From the NCBI GenBank assembly GCA_050013255.1, contig JBEKFP010000001.1, positions 864,001 to 928,000 on the forward strand: 64,000 nucleotides of DNA, in the 5' to 3' direction. This DNA comes from Candidatus Bathyarchaeia archaeon. Lineage in GTDB: Archaea > Thermoproteota > Bathyarchaeia > 40CM-2-53-6. A program made the translations under genes and the position numbers. Positions 43,454 to 53,729 of the stretch are shown here, piece after piece (the first letter of the stretch is position 1; each line of letters begins with the position of its first letter). The notes beneath the pieces were generated by a model. The model was not told where the DNA came from. It saw nothing but the letters and a program-made list of their open reading frames with translations, and made no database searches.

Positions 43454-45585
43454 CTTTGGATAAAATTGGCGTCGAAGCCCATGAACAACTAATCAGCAAA
43501 ATCATAAACGGCATCGGAGATAAGCAACGAAGGGCACAACTATACCTTGGGACTGAGGGGGATCGCGAAGAAAGCGAGAAAGCGTATTCCGAGCTCCCTA
43601 ACGGAAACTGGTTGCTTCAAGAGGCAAGGAGAATCAGGCGTCAGTCAATAGAAAACTTGGACGATAACATCAAGAAATTCACTCACGCCGCAGAAGCATC
43701 CGGCGTCCATGTGCATTTTGCACACGACGGAGCAACGGCTGTCCGAGTCGTGCTAAGCCTCGCCCATGAGGCAAGAGCTAGGCGTATCGTCAAAGCAAAA
43801 TCGATGACAAGCGAGGAGATTGACCTTCGCCAGCACCTCGAGGAGGAGGGCCTGGATGTTGTTGAGACCGACCTTGGTGAAAGAATAGTCCAGCTCGCCA
43901 ACCAAAGACCCTCCCACATCACCGCTCCAGCCCTTCATATGACCGTGGAAGAGATCACCGAACTATTCTCAAAGAAGCTGGGTAAACAGCTGCCTCCGGA
44001 CCCTGGAACAATAACAGCTGTGGCAAGAGAGTCTCTTAGAAATGAGTTTCTTCAGGCTGATGTCGGGATTACTGGCGCGAACTTTGCAATCGCCGATTCG
44101 GGGGCAATCGTGATTGTGAGCAATGAGGGCAATGCCCGCCTCGTCACAGCTCTCCCACGCATGACCATATCCATCCTAGGGTCAGAAAAGATTGTCCCGA
44201 ACACAGCGGACGCCTTCACGCTCCTGCAAACGTTGATCTTGAGCTCGGCAGCTCGAAAATTAACCAGCTACGTCACTATCGTCAGAGGCGGAAGTAAGCT
44301 CGCGCAGAGAGACCAACCGCAAGAACAGCACATTCTCATCATCGATAACGGTCGTTCAAGGATGCTGGCAGACCCGAACTTCCGGGAGGCGTTGTATTGC
44401 TTGCGGTGTGGGGCTTGCATGGATACCTGCCCCACCTTCAGGCTTTTTGGCGGCCACGTGTTCGGTCACATCTACCCAGGCCCTATTGGGATTCCTTGGA
44501 CCGAGTACACGGCAACTCCGGACGCTGCAGGACAATTTGCGCCCCTTTGCATTTCATGCGGTTTATGTCAAAGGGTCTGCCCAGAGGACATCAACATTCC
44601 GCTACTCATAGCCCAAGTCAAAGAAAGGTACACACAACGCCACGGGCAACTATCGATAAACAGAACCCTCTGCAATTATGAAACCTTCGTTGGCTTCGCA
44701 AGCGCAACGGCCCCTATCTCCAACTTTCTCATGCGACGGAAGGCCTTCAGGAGAATGCTCCAAAGCCTTCTAGGCTTAGATGCACGGCGCCCCTTCCCAC
44801 CCTTTAACCGACACACGTTCAAGAAATGGTACGGTCCCCACACAAGCACGGGCTCAAGGCCGATAGCCTATTTCGTTGACACATACGCCGACATGTGCGA
44901 ACCAGAAATTGGCAAAGCGGTCGTCGGAATTCTCGAGTACAACGATTGCAAGGTGACCCTTCCCAAACAAATCGGTAGCGGGATCCCAGCCTTCCTCTAT
45001 GGTGACATGAAAAGAACCACACGTGCAGCTGAATTCAACGTTCCAAAGCTCGCCGAGTCCGTGAGGGATGGCTGTGAAATAGTTTCTTCAGAGCCAACGG
45101 CAACCTATTGTTTGAAGGAGCTCTATCCTAGGCTTCTTAATTCAGAAGAAGCCAGGTTGGTCGCAACACACTCCCACGACCTTTTCGAATACTTGTTACA
45201 AATGCACGATAAAGGAAAGCTAAGAGACTTTCCGAGAGCTACTATAGGGCCGGTCGCGTATTATTCCCCATGCCACACGAGAAGCGTCTATGGGAAATCC
45301 AACGCCCTAGAGATTCTAAAACTCGCTGGAATAGACGCACGCCCCGTGAGGTACAATACCTGCTGCGGAATCGCAGGAACCTTCGGATTCAAGAAGGGCC
45401 CCGAAGGATACGATGTCTCAATGGCGATCGGCGAAACACTCTTTGAAAGGTTGAAGACCCTAGGCCTTAGCCAAGTCTTAACAGAGAGTAGCGTTTGCAA
45501 GATGCAGATAGAGCACGGCACATCGCTCCCAGTCAACCATCCCGCCGTCGTTCTATGGAAACAACTTCAATCCCCTCGCAACTGA
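43450..45585 (+). CDS. lutB: LutB (LUD + 2x[4Fe-4S]) fused to CCG-domain (LutA/GlpC-like) region
   Basis: VKAKSMTSEE, ETDLGE, PSHITAPA, NEGN, CLRCGACMDTCP, CISCGLCQRVCP, PCH, TCCGIAGTFG. Confidence 0.88.
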   Translation: MTLDKIGVEAHEQLISKIINGIGDKQRRAQLYLGTEGDREESEKAYSELPNGNWLLQEARRIRRQSIENLDDNIKKFTHAAEASGVHVHFAHDGATAVRVVLSLAHEARARRIVKAKSMTSEEIDLRQHLEEEGLDVVETDLGERIVQLANQRPSHITAPALHMTVEEITELFSKKLGKQLPPDPGTITAVARESLRNEFLQADVGITGANFAIADSGAIVIVSNEGNARLVTALPRMTISILGSEKIVPNTADAFTLLQTLILSSAARKLTSYVTIVRGGSKLAQRDQPQEQHILIIDNGRSRMLADPNFREALYCLRCGACMDTCPTFRLFGGHVFGHIYPGPIGIPWTEYTATPDAAGQFAPLCISCGLCQRVCPEDINIPLLIAQVKERYTQRHGQLSINRTLCNYETFVGFASATAPISNFLMRRKAFRRMLQSLLGLDARRPFPPFNRHTFKKWYGPHTSTGSRPIAYFVDTYADMCEPEIGKAVVGILEYNDCKVTLPKQIGSGIPAFLYGDMKRTTRAAEFNVPKLAESVRDGCEIVSSEPTATYCLKELYPRLLNSEEARLVATHSHDLFEYLLQMHDKGKLRDFPRATIGPVAYYSPCHTRSVYGKSNALEILKLAGIDARPVRYNTCCGIAGTFGFKKGPEGYDVSMAIGETLFERLKTLGLSQVLTESSVCKMQIEHGTSLPVNHPAVVLWKQLQSPRN

Positions 45586-45652
45586 ACCCTGCGAAGGTAT
45601 CTCCTATGATCACGTCTCTGCGAAGGCCATAATGGAAACAAGTGGGCATCCT

Positions 45653-46912
45653 TTAGCGAGGGTTAGCCTGCTCAGGTTGCTTTGCGTTACAGTGAGGGCA
45701 AATTTGCGTTCCAGCCTGTAATTGTGCGCCGCATTGGACGCAGTATTGGACCTTACTCACAGCAACTGGGGTTGCAGCGGGTTGCCAGACTGGATGTAAC
45801 TCTAACTCCTGTCTCGTTTGAATTGTTTTCATCAAATCGCCGCGGGTGACTACACCGAGTAGCCGACCGCCTTCCGTGACCAGCATCATATCAACTCTTT
45901 CTCGGGCCATCCGCTGCAAAGCATCTAACGCCGACGCATCAGATTGAACAATGGGTGCACGTTCATAGGGGACCATCGCATGGGCCACCGTTTCAGTTGC
46001 CCGCTGCTCCTTCGGAATCGCCCGCGCAGACTGCAACGTAACCAACCCGAGCAACTGGCCATCCTTCATAACAGGGTAGCCCTCATGAGGATGAACGAGG
46101 AAGTAGTCGGACACAAGCTGTTGCACGGTGATTTCGGGTGCTACCGTCAGTACTCCTCGGGTCATAATGTCGCCAACTCTTACACCCGTCAGGGTTTCTC
46201 CGAGGAGTGTCTGCCTAAGGCTTGTCTCGGCACCGGATTTTATGAACCAACCAAGAACCACGATCCAAATCCCATCGACGAAGTCTCCGAGAATTATCGC
46301 GACGAAACCTCCAAGCATCATGAGAAGCGAGAGAGCTTCACTAACGCGGGTGGCCGTCCTTGTGGCACCAACAAGGTTTCTCGAATGTTTCCACAGGCTC
46401 CCGCGAAACACCCGCCCACCGTCAAGTGGAAAAGCGGGCAGCAAGTTAAAGGCGCCAAGAACCGCATTGATCAAGGCTCCGTACCCGACCGTGGCCGTTA
46501 TGACGATGGGTAAGCCGACTAGTTTAGCGATATACCAGAACCCTCCCAACACACCCGCAATCAGGAAACTCATCAACGGCCCGGCAGCGGCCATACGGAC
46601 CTCTAAACCTGCATCCTGAGGTTCCTCAGACATCTCTGAAACTCCACCAAAGAAGAAGAGCGTAATTCTCGCAATCGGTAATCCGTTCTTCTTTGCAATA
46701 TACGAGTGGGATAGTTCGTGGACAAGGACGGAAGCGAACAGAACTATTGCCGACGAAATTCCGATTGTTAAGTAGGTGACCGTGCTTAAGCCGGGATATT
46801 GGTGGGGCATGTACTCGTACGATAGGGACCAAGCGATTAGAATGAACACAAACCATAACGTGTAATGGATCCGAACTGGAATTCCCATAATCCTCCCAAG
46901 CTTAACCGACAA
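45653..46912 (-). CDS. Site-2 protease (M50) with CBS pair and C-terminal zinc ribbon
   Basis: HELSH, AAAGP, FNLLPAFPLDGG; two CBS domains; CVQCG...CPHC. Confidence 0.92.
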   Translation of the reverse strand: MSVKLGRIMGIPVRIHYTLWFVFILIAWSLSYEYMPHQYPGLSTVTYLTIGISSAIVLFASVLVHELSHSYIAKKNGLPIARITLFFFGGVSEMSEEPQDAGLEVRMAAAGPLMSFLIAGVLGGFWYIAKLVGLPIVITATVGYGALINAVLGAFNLLPAFPLDGGRVFRGSLWKHSRNLVGATRTATRVSEALSLLMMLGGFVAIILGDFVDGIWIVVLGWFIKSGAETSLRQTLLGETLTGVRVGDIMTRGVLTVAPEITVQQLVSDYFLVHPHEGYPVMKDGQLLGLVTLQSARAIPKEQRATETVAHAMVPYERAPIVQSDASALDALQRMARERVDMMLVTEGGRLLGVVTRGDLMKTIQTRQELELHPVWQPAATPVAVSKVQYCVQCGAQLQAGTQICPHCNAKQPEQANPR

Positions 46913-47077
46913 ATTCTACAGCCTCACTCTGCACCAATCACATACCAATCGGAGACGTTACTGAAAAGTTCTTCCAGTTATCCGCGGTTAGTCAAGCATT
47001 AATGCCACCTACGGAACCTCTAGGAAAAGGTTTTCATTGAACAGCACATTCCTCGCGCTACAACTGGAGATTTGAAC

Positions 47078-48229
47078 ATGGAAACAAAGCAATTGATCAT
47101 GTTACCTGGGCCGACAAACATTCCGACACGTGTTGCGAATGCGATGCTGCGGCCAATGATCAACCATCGAGGGCCAGAATTTCGCGAGCTTCATTCCCGA
47201 ATAATCGATAATGCAAAGTATGTTTTCGGAACGAAAAACGATCTATTTGTTCTTTCAGCATCTGGGACGGGCGGCGTAGAATGCGCCGTCAGAAATATCT
47301 GCTCGCAGGGCAGCAAGATCATTGTACCGGTGAATGGTGTTTTCAGCCAACGGTTCTTCGAAGCCGTGAACCTACTGGGCGGCAAAGGGGTTGAGATACC
47401 TGTTGAGTGGGGAAACGCCGTAACCGTTGCACAGGTTGAGGACACCCTACAGAAGAATTCTTCAGTCACAGCCGTGGCGATAATCTACAATGAAACGTCA
47501 ACGGGCGTTACTACGCCGAACCTTAAGCAAATCGGCGAAGTTTGCCACAAACATGGCGCCCTCTTCCTCGTTGACGCCATATCAATTCAAGGCGGCGTCC
47601 CACTTCCAGTGGATGAATGGAATGTCGATATATGCGTAACTGGCAGCCAGAAATGCCTCATGACGCCGCCAGGCCTCGCCCTAATCTCAGTTAGCCCAAG
47701 AGCGTGGGACGTCATCAAGAAGGCCCCTCGCTCATACTACTTCGACCTTCAACTCTGCAAAAAGTTCTGGGATGAGAATAAGGAAACCCCCTACACTCCC
47801 GCGGTGACACTCTTCTTCGCTCTAGACGAAGCGCTGCAGATGATCCGCGAAGAAGGCCTCGAAAAACGATTCAAAAGACACGCCACATGTGCCAACGCCA
47901 TGTACGCCGCGGTGGAAGCCATGGGCCTAGAACTGTATGCTCGAAAAGAAGTCAGGTCAACAACAGTATTGGCAATCAAATATCCCAGCGGCATTGATGA
48001 CAAAAACTTCAGGGGTGTATTGAACAAGAGGTACCGCGTCGTCATAGCTGGGGGTATGGGTAAGACAAAGGGACAGCTATTCCGAATTGGTGTGATGGGA
48101 AGCGTTTCAGAATTCGAGATTCTGGCAACCGCAACCGCCCTTGAATCTCCCCTAATCGAACAGGGCCACAAACTCAAACCTGGAGAAGGCGCAGCGGCAG
48201 CACGTGCGGTTTTCGCGAAGACCCCCTGA
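47078..48229 (+). CDS. Class V PLP aminotransferase (alanine-glyoxylate/serine-pyruvate, SerC-like)
   Basis: MLPGPT, HRGPEF, SGTG, NETSTG, VDAIS, GSQKCLMTPPGL, TPYTP, FRIG. Confidence 0.92.
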   Translation: METKQLIMLPGPTNIPTRVANAMLRPMINHRGPEFRELHSRIIDNAKYVFGTKNDLFVLSASGTGGVECAVRNICSQGSKIIVPVNGVFSQRFFEAVNLLGGKGVEIPVEWGNAVTVAQVEDTLQKNSSVTAVAIIYNETSTGVTTPNLKQIGEVCHKHGALFLVDAISIQGGVPLPVDEWNVDICVTGSQKCLMTPPGLALISVSPRAWDVIKKAPRSYYFDLQLCKKFWDENKETPYTPAVTLFFALDEALQMIREEGLEKRFKRHATCANAMYAAVEAMGLELYARKEVRSTTVLAIKYPSGIDDKNFRGVLNKRYRVVIAGGMGKTKGQLFRIGVMGSVSEFEILATATALESPLIEQGHKLKPGEGAAAARAVFAKTP

Positions 48230-48268
48230 ACGTCATTGAACGCAGCCCTACACCGGAGGGGGTGTTCC

Positions 48269-48928
48269 TTGAGAATATTGGCTTTCACTGATTTTCATGG
48301 AAATCAAGAGGCATATCGACAGGCGAAGGAACTGATTGCGAATGAGAAGCCGGATTTCGTAATAGTCGCTGGCGACATAATCAATTACGACTCAAACCGA
48401 GCCAAGCAACTACTTATGGATTTAGCGACAACTGGGCACCCAGTTTACTTTGTTCCAGGCAACATGGACGGTCGAGAGCTTGGAGACTGGGCAGGAGGGG
48501 AAAACGTTCACGCACTCCATGCGCGATGCAAAAACAATGAAGGCGTATCACTGATAGGTTTGGGCGGCTCTCCGCACGGTCCCTTCAGAACAGTCTTTGA
48601 GTACAGCGAAGAAGAAGCAGAAACGCTCTTCGAACGAGCCGCCAAAAATTGTGGAGGCGGATTGCTAATCCTCGTATCGCACTGCCCACCTAAGAACACC
48701 AAGGTCGACCAGGTTTCCAGCGGCGAACATGTCGGAAGCATAGCCGTCCGAAGGTTCATTGAGAAGGCGGAGCCTAGATTAGTCGTTTCGGGCCATGTAC
48801 ACGAATCCCAGGGGACTGATACGATCGGTTCAACCACGATAGTCAACACTGGGCCAGCCCAAAGCGGACACTACGCTGACATAACCATCAAAGACAAGGT
48901 CACAGTGAAATTTCCAAAGCTCATGTAG
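48269..48928 (+). CDS. Calcineurin-like metallophosphoesterase
   Basis: TDFHG, AGD, PGNMD, HCPP, GHVHE; TTG at 48269 behind GGAGGGGGTG. Confidence 0.9.
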   Translation: MRILAFTDFHGNQEAYRQAKELIANEKPDFVIVAGDIINYDSNRAKQLLMDLATTGHPVYFVPGNMDGRELGDWAGGENVHALHARCKNNEGVSLIGLGGSPHGPFRTVFEYSEEEAETLFERAAKNCGGGLLILVSHCPPKNTKVDQVSSGEHVGSIAVRRFIEKAEPRLVVSGHVHESQGTDTIGSTTIVNTGPAQSGHYADITIKDKVTVKFPKLM

Positions 48929-49061
48929 CATAAGACATGAGCTACGCGAGCTGCACGAAGAAAGAGGCCATGTGAGGGAAATTTCCCATTCTAAAGACAG
49001 CGGCAAGTTATTATGCGGCTAATTTCTAACCGAGCTGAAACAAAACTCGGAGTCCATAACA

Positions 49062-50222
49062 ATGCCTCGCAAGCGAGCAGGTCATCGAAAGACGCGAGCT
49101 ATTCGAGTTGTTCGGCGAGAAACTCTCGTCGCGCTCTTAGTGCTCGTCGTAGTCCTAGGCTCACTTGCTGCATACTATGGAGTGGCCTTAAGCGCACAGA
49201 GGTCAAGTGGATTTGACTCTGCGGAGATTTACGCCAATTCAAGCCACAGCGTCGTGACAATTGAAGGAGTAAGGCTTGAGGCTGTAGACACTGGGACGGG
49301 CATAGCGACAACTTGGGTTGGTATCTACGCTTCCGGGTTCGTCATAGAATATTCCGGGTCATACTACGTAGTAACCAACTTTCACGTAGTTGATTCCCTC
49401 GTCAATACGACGCTAACTTTCTCGAATGGTGACTCTTACAGAGGAAAGATTGTGGGCCTCGACGCCTACAGCGATTTGGGCATAGTCGCCCCACAGGCTC
49501 CTTCGCAAGAACTTTACCCATTGGAGTTGTCGCCATCTTCTTCCCTGAGGGTCGGTCAGCCTGTAGTTGCAATCGGTAACCCCTATGGCTATCAGGGGAG
49601 CATAACGTACGGGATCGTAAGCCAGACGGGACGAACGATCAGTTACGATACCGGTTCCGGTACCACAGGATATCCTATTGCTGATGCGATACAGTTCAGC
49701 GCGCCGATAAACCCAGGCAATTCGGGAGGGCCGCTCCTGACAGCTGATGGAAAAGTTGTGGGAATCACAACCGCCGGCATAACTGGCGCTGAAGGCCTTG
49801 GTTTCGCAATACCCTCCGACACAATAATACGCGAACTCCCATCCCTTGTAGCAACCGGGAAATACAGCAAGCACTCGTACTTGGGCATCCAAGGAATGGA
49901 CATGTTCTATCAACTCGCGCAAGCAGTGGGCGCCAACGCCACATATGGTGTGTTAATACAGAAAACGGTTGCCGGAAGCCCAGCAGCACAAGCCGGTCTA
50001 AAAAGCGGGACAATAAATGTTGACATTGACGGACAATCATACCTAATCGGTGGAGACCTCGTCATTTCGATTGATGGAAACAGGATTGTTAACTACGACT
50101 CGCTATCAACATACCTCGAAAGAAATACGCTTCCGGGTCAGAAGATTGCGATCGGCATAATCAGGGCAGGTACGTACATGGTCGTCGAAGTAACCCTGGG
50201 CACAAGGCCACCTCCTTCCTAA
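49062..50222 (+). CDS. htrA: HtrA/DegP-family serine protease with PDZ domain
   Basis: TM anchor; TNFHVV, SDL, INPGNSGGPL; PDZ with YLGI and GD. Confidence 0.92.
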   Translation: MPRKRAGHRKTRAIRVVRRETLVALLVLVVVLGSLAAYYGVALSAQRSSGFDSAEIYANSSHSVVTIEGVRLEAVDTGTGIATTWVGIYASGFVIEYSGSYYVVTNFHVVDSLVNTTLTFSNGDSYRGKIVGLDAYSDLGIVAPQAPSQELYPLELSPSSSLRVGQPVVAIGNPYGYQGSITYGIVSQTGRTISYDTGSGTTGYPIADAIQFSAPINPGNSGGPLLTADGKVVGITTAGITGAEGLGFAIPSDTIIRELPSLVATGKYSKHSYLGIQGMDMFYQLAQAVGANATYGVLIQKTVAGSPAAQAGLKSGTINVDIDGQSYLIGGDLVISIDGNRIVNYDSLSTYLERNTLPGQKIAIGIIRAGTYMVVEVTLGTRPPPS

Positions 50223-50288
50223 GACCGGATACTTATTCCAAGAACTTAATTCATCTAGGGGAGCGTTTTCGGGTCACAGTCATATGGA

Positions 50289-51149
50289 ATGGGCCAAAAG
50301 GTTGGTCCGGAATCCAAATTGATTGACATGCTTTCCGTGCTGATCATCTCGATCTTCGCCGGATTCCTCGGTTCCTTAACCGGCCTTGGAGGGGGAAGCA
50401 TCATGATCCCCGTATTGGTCGCTTTCGGCGTACCCGTGAAGTACGCAATCGCCGCAAGTATGGTGACTATTATCGCAACTTCAAGCGGCTCAGCAGCATC
50501 ATACGTCAAAGAACGAATAACAAACGTCAAGGCTGCATTCTACCTCGAAATGTTCACCATAGTTGGAGCGATCATCGGGGCCACAATTACTTCCTTCATT
50601 GCGCCGCGGTTCCTGTATTTCTTCTTTGCAGGGTTTCTTCTAACCTCCTTTCTTGGGTTGTCGGGACATCTGAGGGGGGAGTTTCCGAAGCGGGTAAAGC
50701 AGAACAGGTTTTCGAAGTGGTTGGAGTTGGATGGGAGTTACTACGACGAGGCGGCGAAGAAAAAAGTCTCCTATAAAATGAAAAACGCCCACCTAGGAGG
50801 TCCGTGTATGCTGATTGCAGGATTGGCCGCGGGTATGCTCGGCATCGGTGCAGGCGCCTTCAAAGTCTCAATACATGAACTGATTTTGAAGATGCCTTCC
50901 AAAGTCTCCACAACAACCAGCAATTTCATCATTGGGATAACAGCACTGGCCGGAGCAAGCGTCTACTTCGCTTCGGGACTCCTCTTCGTTGGCCTAGTAG
51001 CGCCAATGGCCGTAGGGACAACTGTCGGCGCGCTGGTGGGAGGCAGGATATTGAACCGGTTACCAAATCGATTGGTAAGGTACCTCTTCCTCGTAATTGT
51101 TGTCGCCCTAATTGTCCAAATGCTCTACGAGGGGATAACTTCCACATGA
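50289..51149 (+). CDS. TauE/SafE sulfite-exporter family protein
   Basis: GSLTGLGGG, ATSSGSA, GMLGIGAGAFKV, TTSNFIIG. Confidence 0.9.
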   Translation: MGQKVGPESKLIDMLSVLIISIFAGFLGSLTGLGGGSIMIPVLVAFGVPVKYAIAASMVTIIATSSGSAASYVKERITNVKAAFYLEMFTIVGAIIGATITSFIAPRFLYFFFAGFLLTSFLGLSGHLRGEFPKRVKQNRFSKWLELDGSYYDEAAKKKVSYKMKNAHLGGPCMLIAGLAAGMLGIGAGAFKVSIHELILKMPSKVSTTTSNFIIGITALAGASVYFASGLLFVGLVAPMAVGTTVGALVGGRILNRLPNRLVRYLFLVIVVALIVQMLYEGITST

Positions 51150-51532
51150 AGCGGACCTTAAGCGAAGAGAAACTCGATTCGCTGATAAGCTATATTCTAA
51201 TCTTCGGTGTCTTGGTGAGTGTTGCTCTAGAAGCTCTTGGGATCGCAGGCTATTACTCTTCGAATGGAAACCTCAACATACTCTTCCGACCCAGTTTCGC
51301 TATGAAAGAAACGGATTTTTTCAGCTACGCGGGGAAACTGTTTCAAGAACTTTCTATGGGGGGCTGGTCGCCAATGCAGGTGCTTGGCTTGGGTATTGTG
51401 GTTTTGATGTTAACGCCCTACTTGCGAGTGGTGGCCTCCGTGCTCTACTTCGGTCTTGCCAGGAACCCCAAATATCTGCTCATAACGCTCTTCGTTCTAC
51501 TCGTACTGACCGCGAGCCTTCTACAACTCTGA
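51146..51532 (+). CDS. DUF1634 membrane protein (usual TauE partner)
   Basis: LGIVVLMLTPYLRV motif; ATGA overlap with the TauE gene. Confidence 0.82.
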   Translation: MKRTLSEEKLDSLISYILIFGVLVSVALEALGIAGYYSSNGNLNILFRPSFAMKETDFFSYAGKLFQELSMGGWSPMQVLGLGIVVLMLTPYLRVVASVLYFGLARNPKYLLITLFVLLVLTASLLQL

Positions 51533-51636
51533 GATGTAGGAGAAATTTCTAACTAACGGGAACATCGGCGGCCTTTCTGAAAGATTAATGTAGAACGGGC
51601 AAATCTAGGCTTCGCCTTCATAATTCAAGGTGCAAT

Positions 51637-52395
51637 TTGTTGCCTCTTAAGAACGGCGACTTCATACTCGCCAACTACACTCTGAGAGTCAAGGAGACTG
51701 GCGAAACCGTCGGTACTACGCTTGAGACTGTAGCCAAGGAAGCGAAGCTCTATCGCGGAGAAGAACGCTACGAACCATTCTTCATCGTTGTAGGAGAAGG
51801 GTGGGTCCCGAAAGGGCTAGATGAAGCCTTGACCGGCCTAGAGATTGGCAAGGCGAGCACCATTGAGCTGCCTCCAGACAAAGGTTACGGGGTGCGTGAT
51901 CCGAAAAAGGTTCGATTAGTTCCACTTCGCAAATTCACGGCGGAGGGAATGACTCCCATACCAGGTTTACAAGTGAATATAGACGGCAAGACCGCGCAAG
52001 TCCGCTCGGTTGGAGCCGGGCGAGTCCAAGTGGACTACAACCACCCATTCGCCGGCAAGACTCTCATTTACGACCTGACAATCGAGAAGATTGTTGAGAT
52101 GGAGGACGATAAAGTCCGAAACCTCATACACAAACGGATTCCGTCCGTCGGACCAGAGAAGTTTAATGTTAAGCTTGAGCAGGGGAAGCTGGAAGTTGAG
52201 ATACCCGAGGAAGCATTCTTCCTTGAAGGTTTGCAGGTGGAAAAGCGAACAGTTACTGCCGATATAGAGAAATATCTTCCGAAGATCGAAACTGTTGCTT
52301 TCCTCGAAGTTTTCAAGAAACCTGCCCCTGCAGCTCCCACGGTAACGCCAGAAGCAAAAGCTCCACCCGCAGCTCCAGCAGCGGCCTCCCCATAG
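51637..52395 (+). CDS. slyD: Long-type archaeal FKBP peptidyl-prolyl isomerase
   Basis: GDFILANY, GLDEAL, PPDKGYG.RD, GRVQVDYNHPFAGK. Confidence 0.9.
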   Translation: MLPLKNGDFILANYTLRVKETGETVGTTLETVAKEAKLYRGEERYEPFFIVVGEGWVPKGLDEALTGLEIGKASTIELPPDKGYGVRDPKKVRLVPLRKFTAEGMTPIPGLQVNIDGKTAQVRSVGAGRVQVDYNHPFAGKTLIYDLTIEKIVEMEDDKVRNLIHKRIPSVGPEKFNVKLEQGKLEVEIPEEAFFLEGLQVEKRTVTADIEKYLPKIETVAFLEVFKKPAPAAPTVTPEAKAPPAAPAAASP

Positions 52396-53036
52396 CGGAC
52401 TTCACGAATCGCTTCTATCGCCTCTTTAGCTACGAAACCCAAGATGACAAATGTAGCCCCGTAATCAACCCATGGAACCTTCCAAACGAAATTGATTGCA
52501 AGACCGGCGAGCAAGGCTGCAGACATCCAGAAGCAAGTAGCCGACTCCGCAGCATCAATCTTCAGCGGCACACAATTCGAGGCAATGCCGATGCGTCTTT
52601 TCTCATACCACAGAACCGGCATGATCACAACTGCCGCTGCAGCAACACTCATACCAAGCAGTGACGATTCAGGTTTGATGCCTCGCAGGAATGAATAAAC
52701 CGCTGCGAGCCCAATAACCGGTATCAGCGAAGCCAAAAGTAGTGCTGTGGCCCATTCGGCTCGCTTACTCTCTCTGTGAGCACTAGAGTTTAACAATTTA
52801 CTCCTCAAATGTTGCACCACAGCAAACGATGACAGTAATTCAACCAGGCTGTCGCCGCCGAACGCAAGAAGCGCAAGGCTCCAAGCCGCTATGCCTGAAT
52901 AAATCGCGGCCACGCATTCAACTGTCATCCAAGCAACGCTAGCATACTCTACCCACAATCCCCGTTCTATACGTCTCGAGCCTCGCAACACCATTCTTAC
53001 TCTCTCCGTTGCAGGTGCCGCCTTCGTAGACGTCAT
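52068..53036 (-). CDS. Cation transporter (CDF-related, TM domain only) with long 3' extension antisense to slyD
   Basis: SLALLAFGGDSLVE, KRRIG, DAAESATC, W.D; family-like sequence ends near 52400 but the frame stays open to 52068. Confidence 0.75.
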   Translation of the reverse strand: MTSTKAAPATERVRMVLRGSRRIERGLWVEYASVAWMTVECVAAIYSGIAAWSLALLAFGGDSLVELLSSFAVVQHLRSKLLNSSAHRESKRAEWATALLLASLIPVIGLAAVYSFLRGIKPESSLLGMSVAAAAVVIMPVLWYEKRRIGIASNCVPLKIDAAESATCFWMSAALLAGLAINFVWKVPWVDYGATFVILGFVAKEAIEAIREVRYGEAAAGAAGGAFASGVTVGAAGAGFLKTSRKATVSIFGRYFSISAVTVRFSTCKPSRKNASSGISTSSFPCSSLTLNFSGPTDGIRLCMRFRTLSSSISTIFSIVRS

Positions 53037-53076
53037 AGATCGGAGAATGTCAGTCAGCCAAGGCGAAGTATGCCTA

Positions 53077-53268
53077 CTATCTGATTCTTCTGTACCTGTT
53101 CAACGTGTGGGTCTGCCACGAGTAGCCGCGGAGTTTCCTACTGGCACCAAAACCGCAAGCGGAGCAACGTTTCCATCTAATGTGGTAGGAGTGTCTGCCG
53201 CAGCGGCGGCATCGGATATGGGTCTTTGCGCGCCCTCGCCTGCCGAATGATGCTGTGCCCTTAGTCAA
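53077..53268 (-). CDS. rpl37e: 50S ribosomal protein L37e
   Basis: MTKGTASFG...THIRCRRCGR.SYH....CSACGFG. Confidence 0.97.
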   Translation of the reverse strand: MTKGTASFGRRGRAKTHIRCRRCGRHSYHIRWKRCSACGFGASRKLRGYSWQTHTLNRYRRIR

Positions 53269-53300
53269 ATCTATTCAGCCCGCGAGAATTTGCTAAAAGT

Positions 53301-53531
53301 CTACCTCTTAGGAGGGGGCGAAACCAGAACCACATTGTCGCCCCTAACAATAATCGTGCCTATGTTTCGCGTGTTTTCTGGGTTGGATACATCTTCTGCG
53401 TCTTCTAATACTAGGTTCATGTGTTGGTCGTAGCTGTAGAGTTTTCCACGTATTGTACGGCTTCCCTTCAGTTCCACGAGAACGATTTTGCTAAGGCTCT
53501 CTTGGAAGATCTTGTCAGCAACTGCAGACAT
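53301..53531 (-). CDS. Sm-like archaeal protein (Lsm/SmAP1)
   Basis: Sm1 GKLYSYDQHMNLVL and Sm2 IVRGDNV; conserved linkage to rpl37e. Confidence 0.95.
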   Translation of the reverse strand: MSAVADKIFQESLSKIVLVELKGSRTIRGKLYSYDQHMNLVLEDAEDVSNPENTRNIGTIIVRGDNVVLVSPPPKR

Positions 53532-53729
53532 TGTTTTTCTTCGTCTTCTGTTCTAGCTTATGGACGTGAGTTCCCCGTTAAGGAGGAAGCCCCAAATTAA
53601 ACGTTAGGTCTACATAAACCATAGCTCCGGATCGCGTCGGTTTTCAATCGAAACACAGAACCTCCAACCCTTTGAGGAAATTGCAGGGTGTTAAGTATGA
53701 AGAACGGCCCCTAGATAGTTGACGTACAT

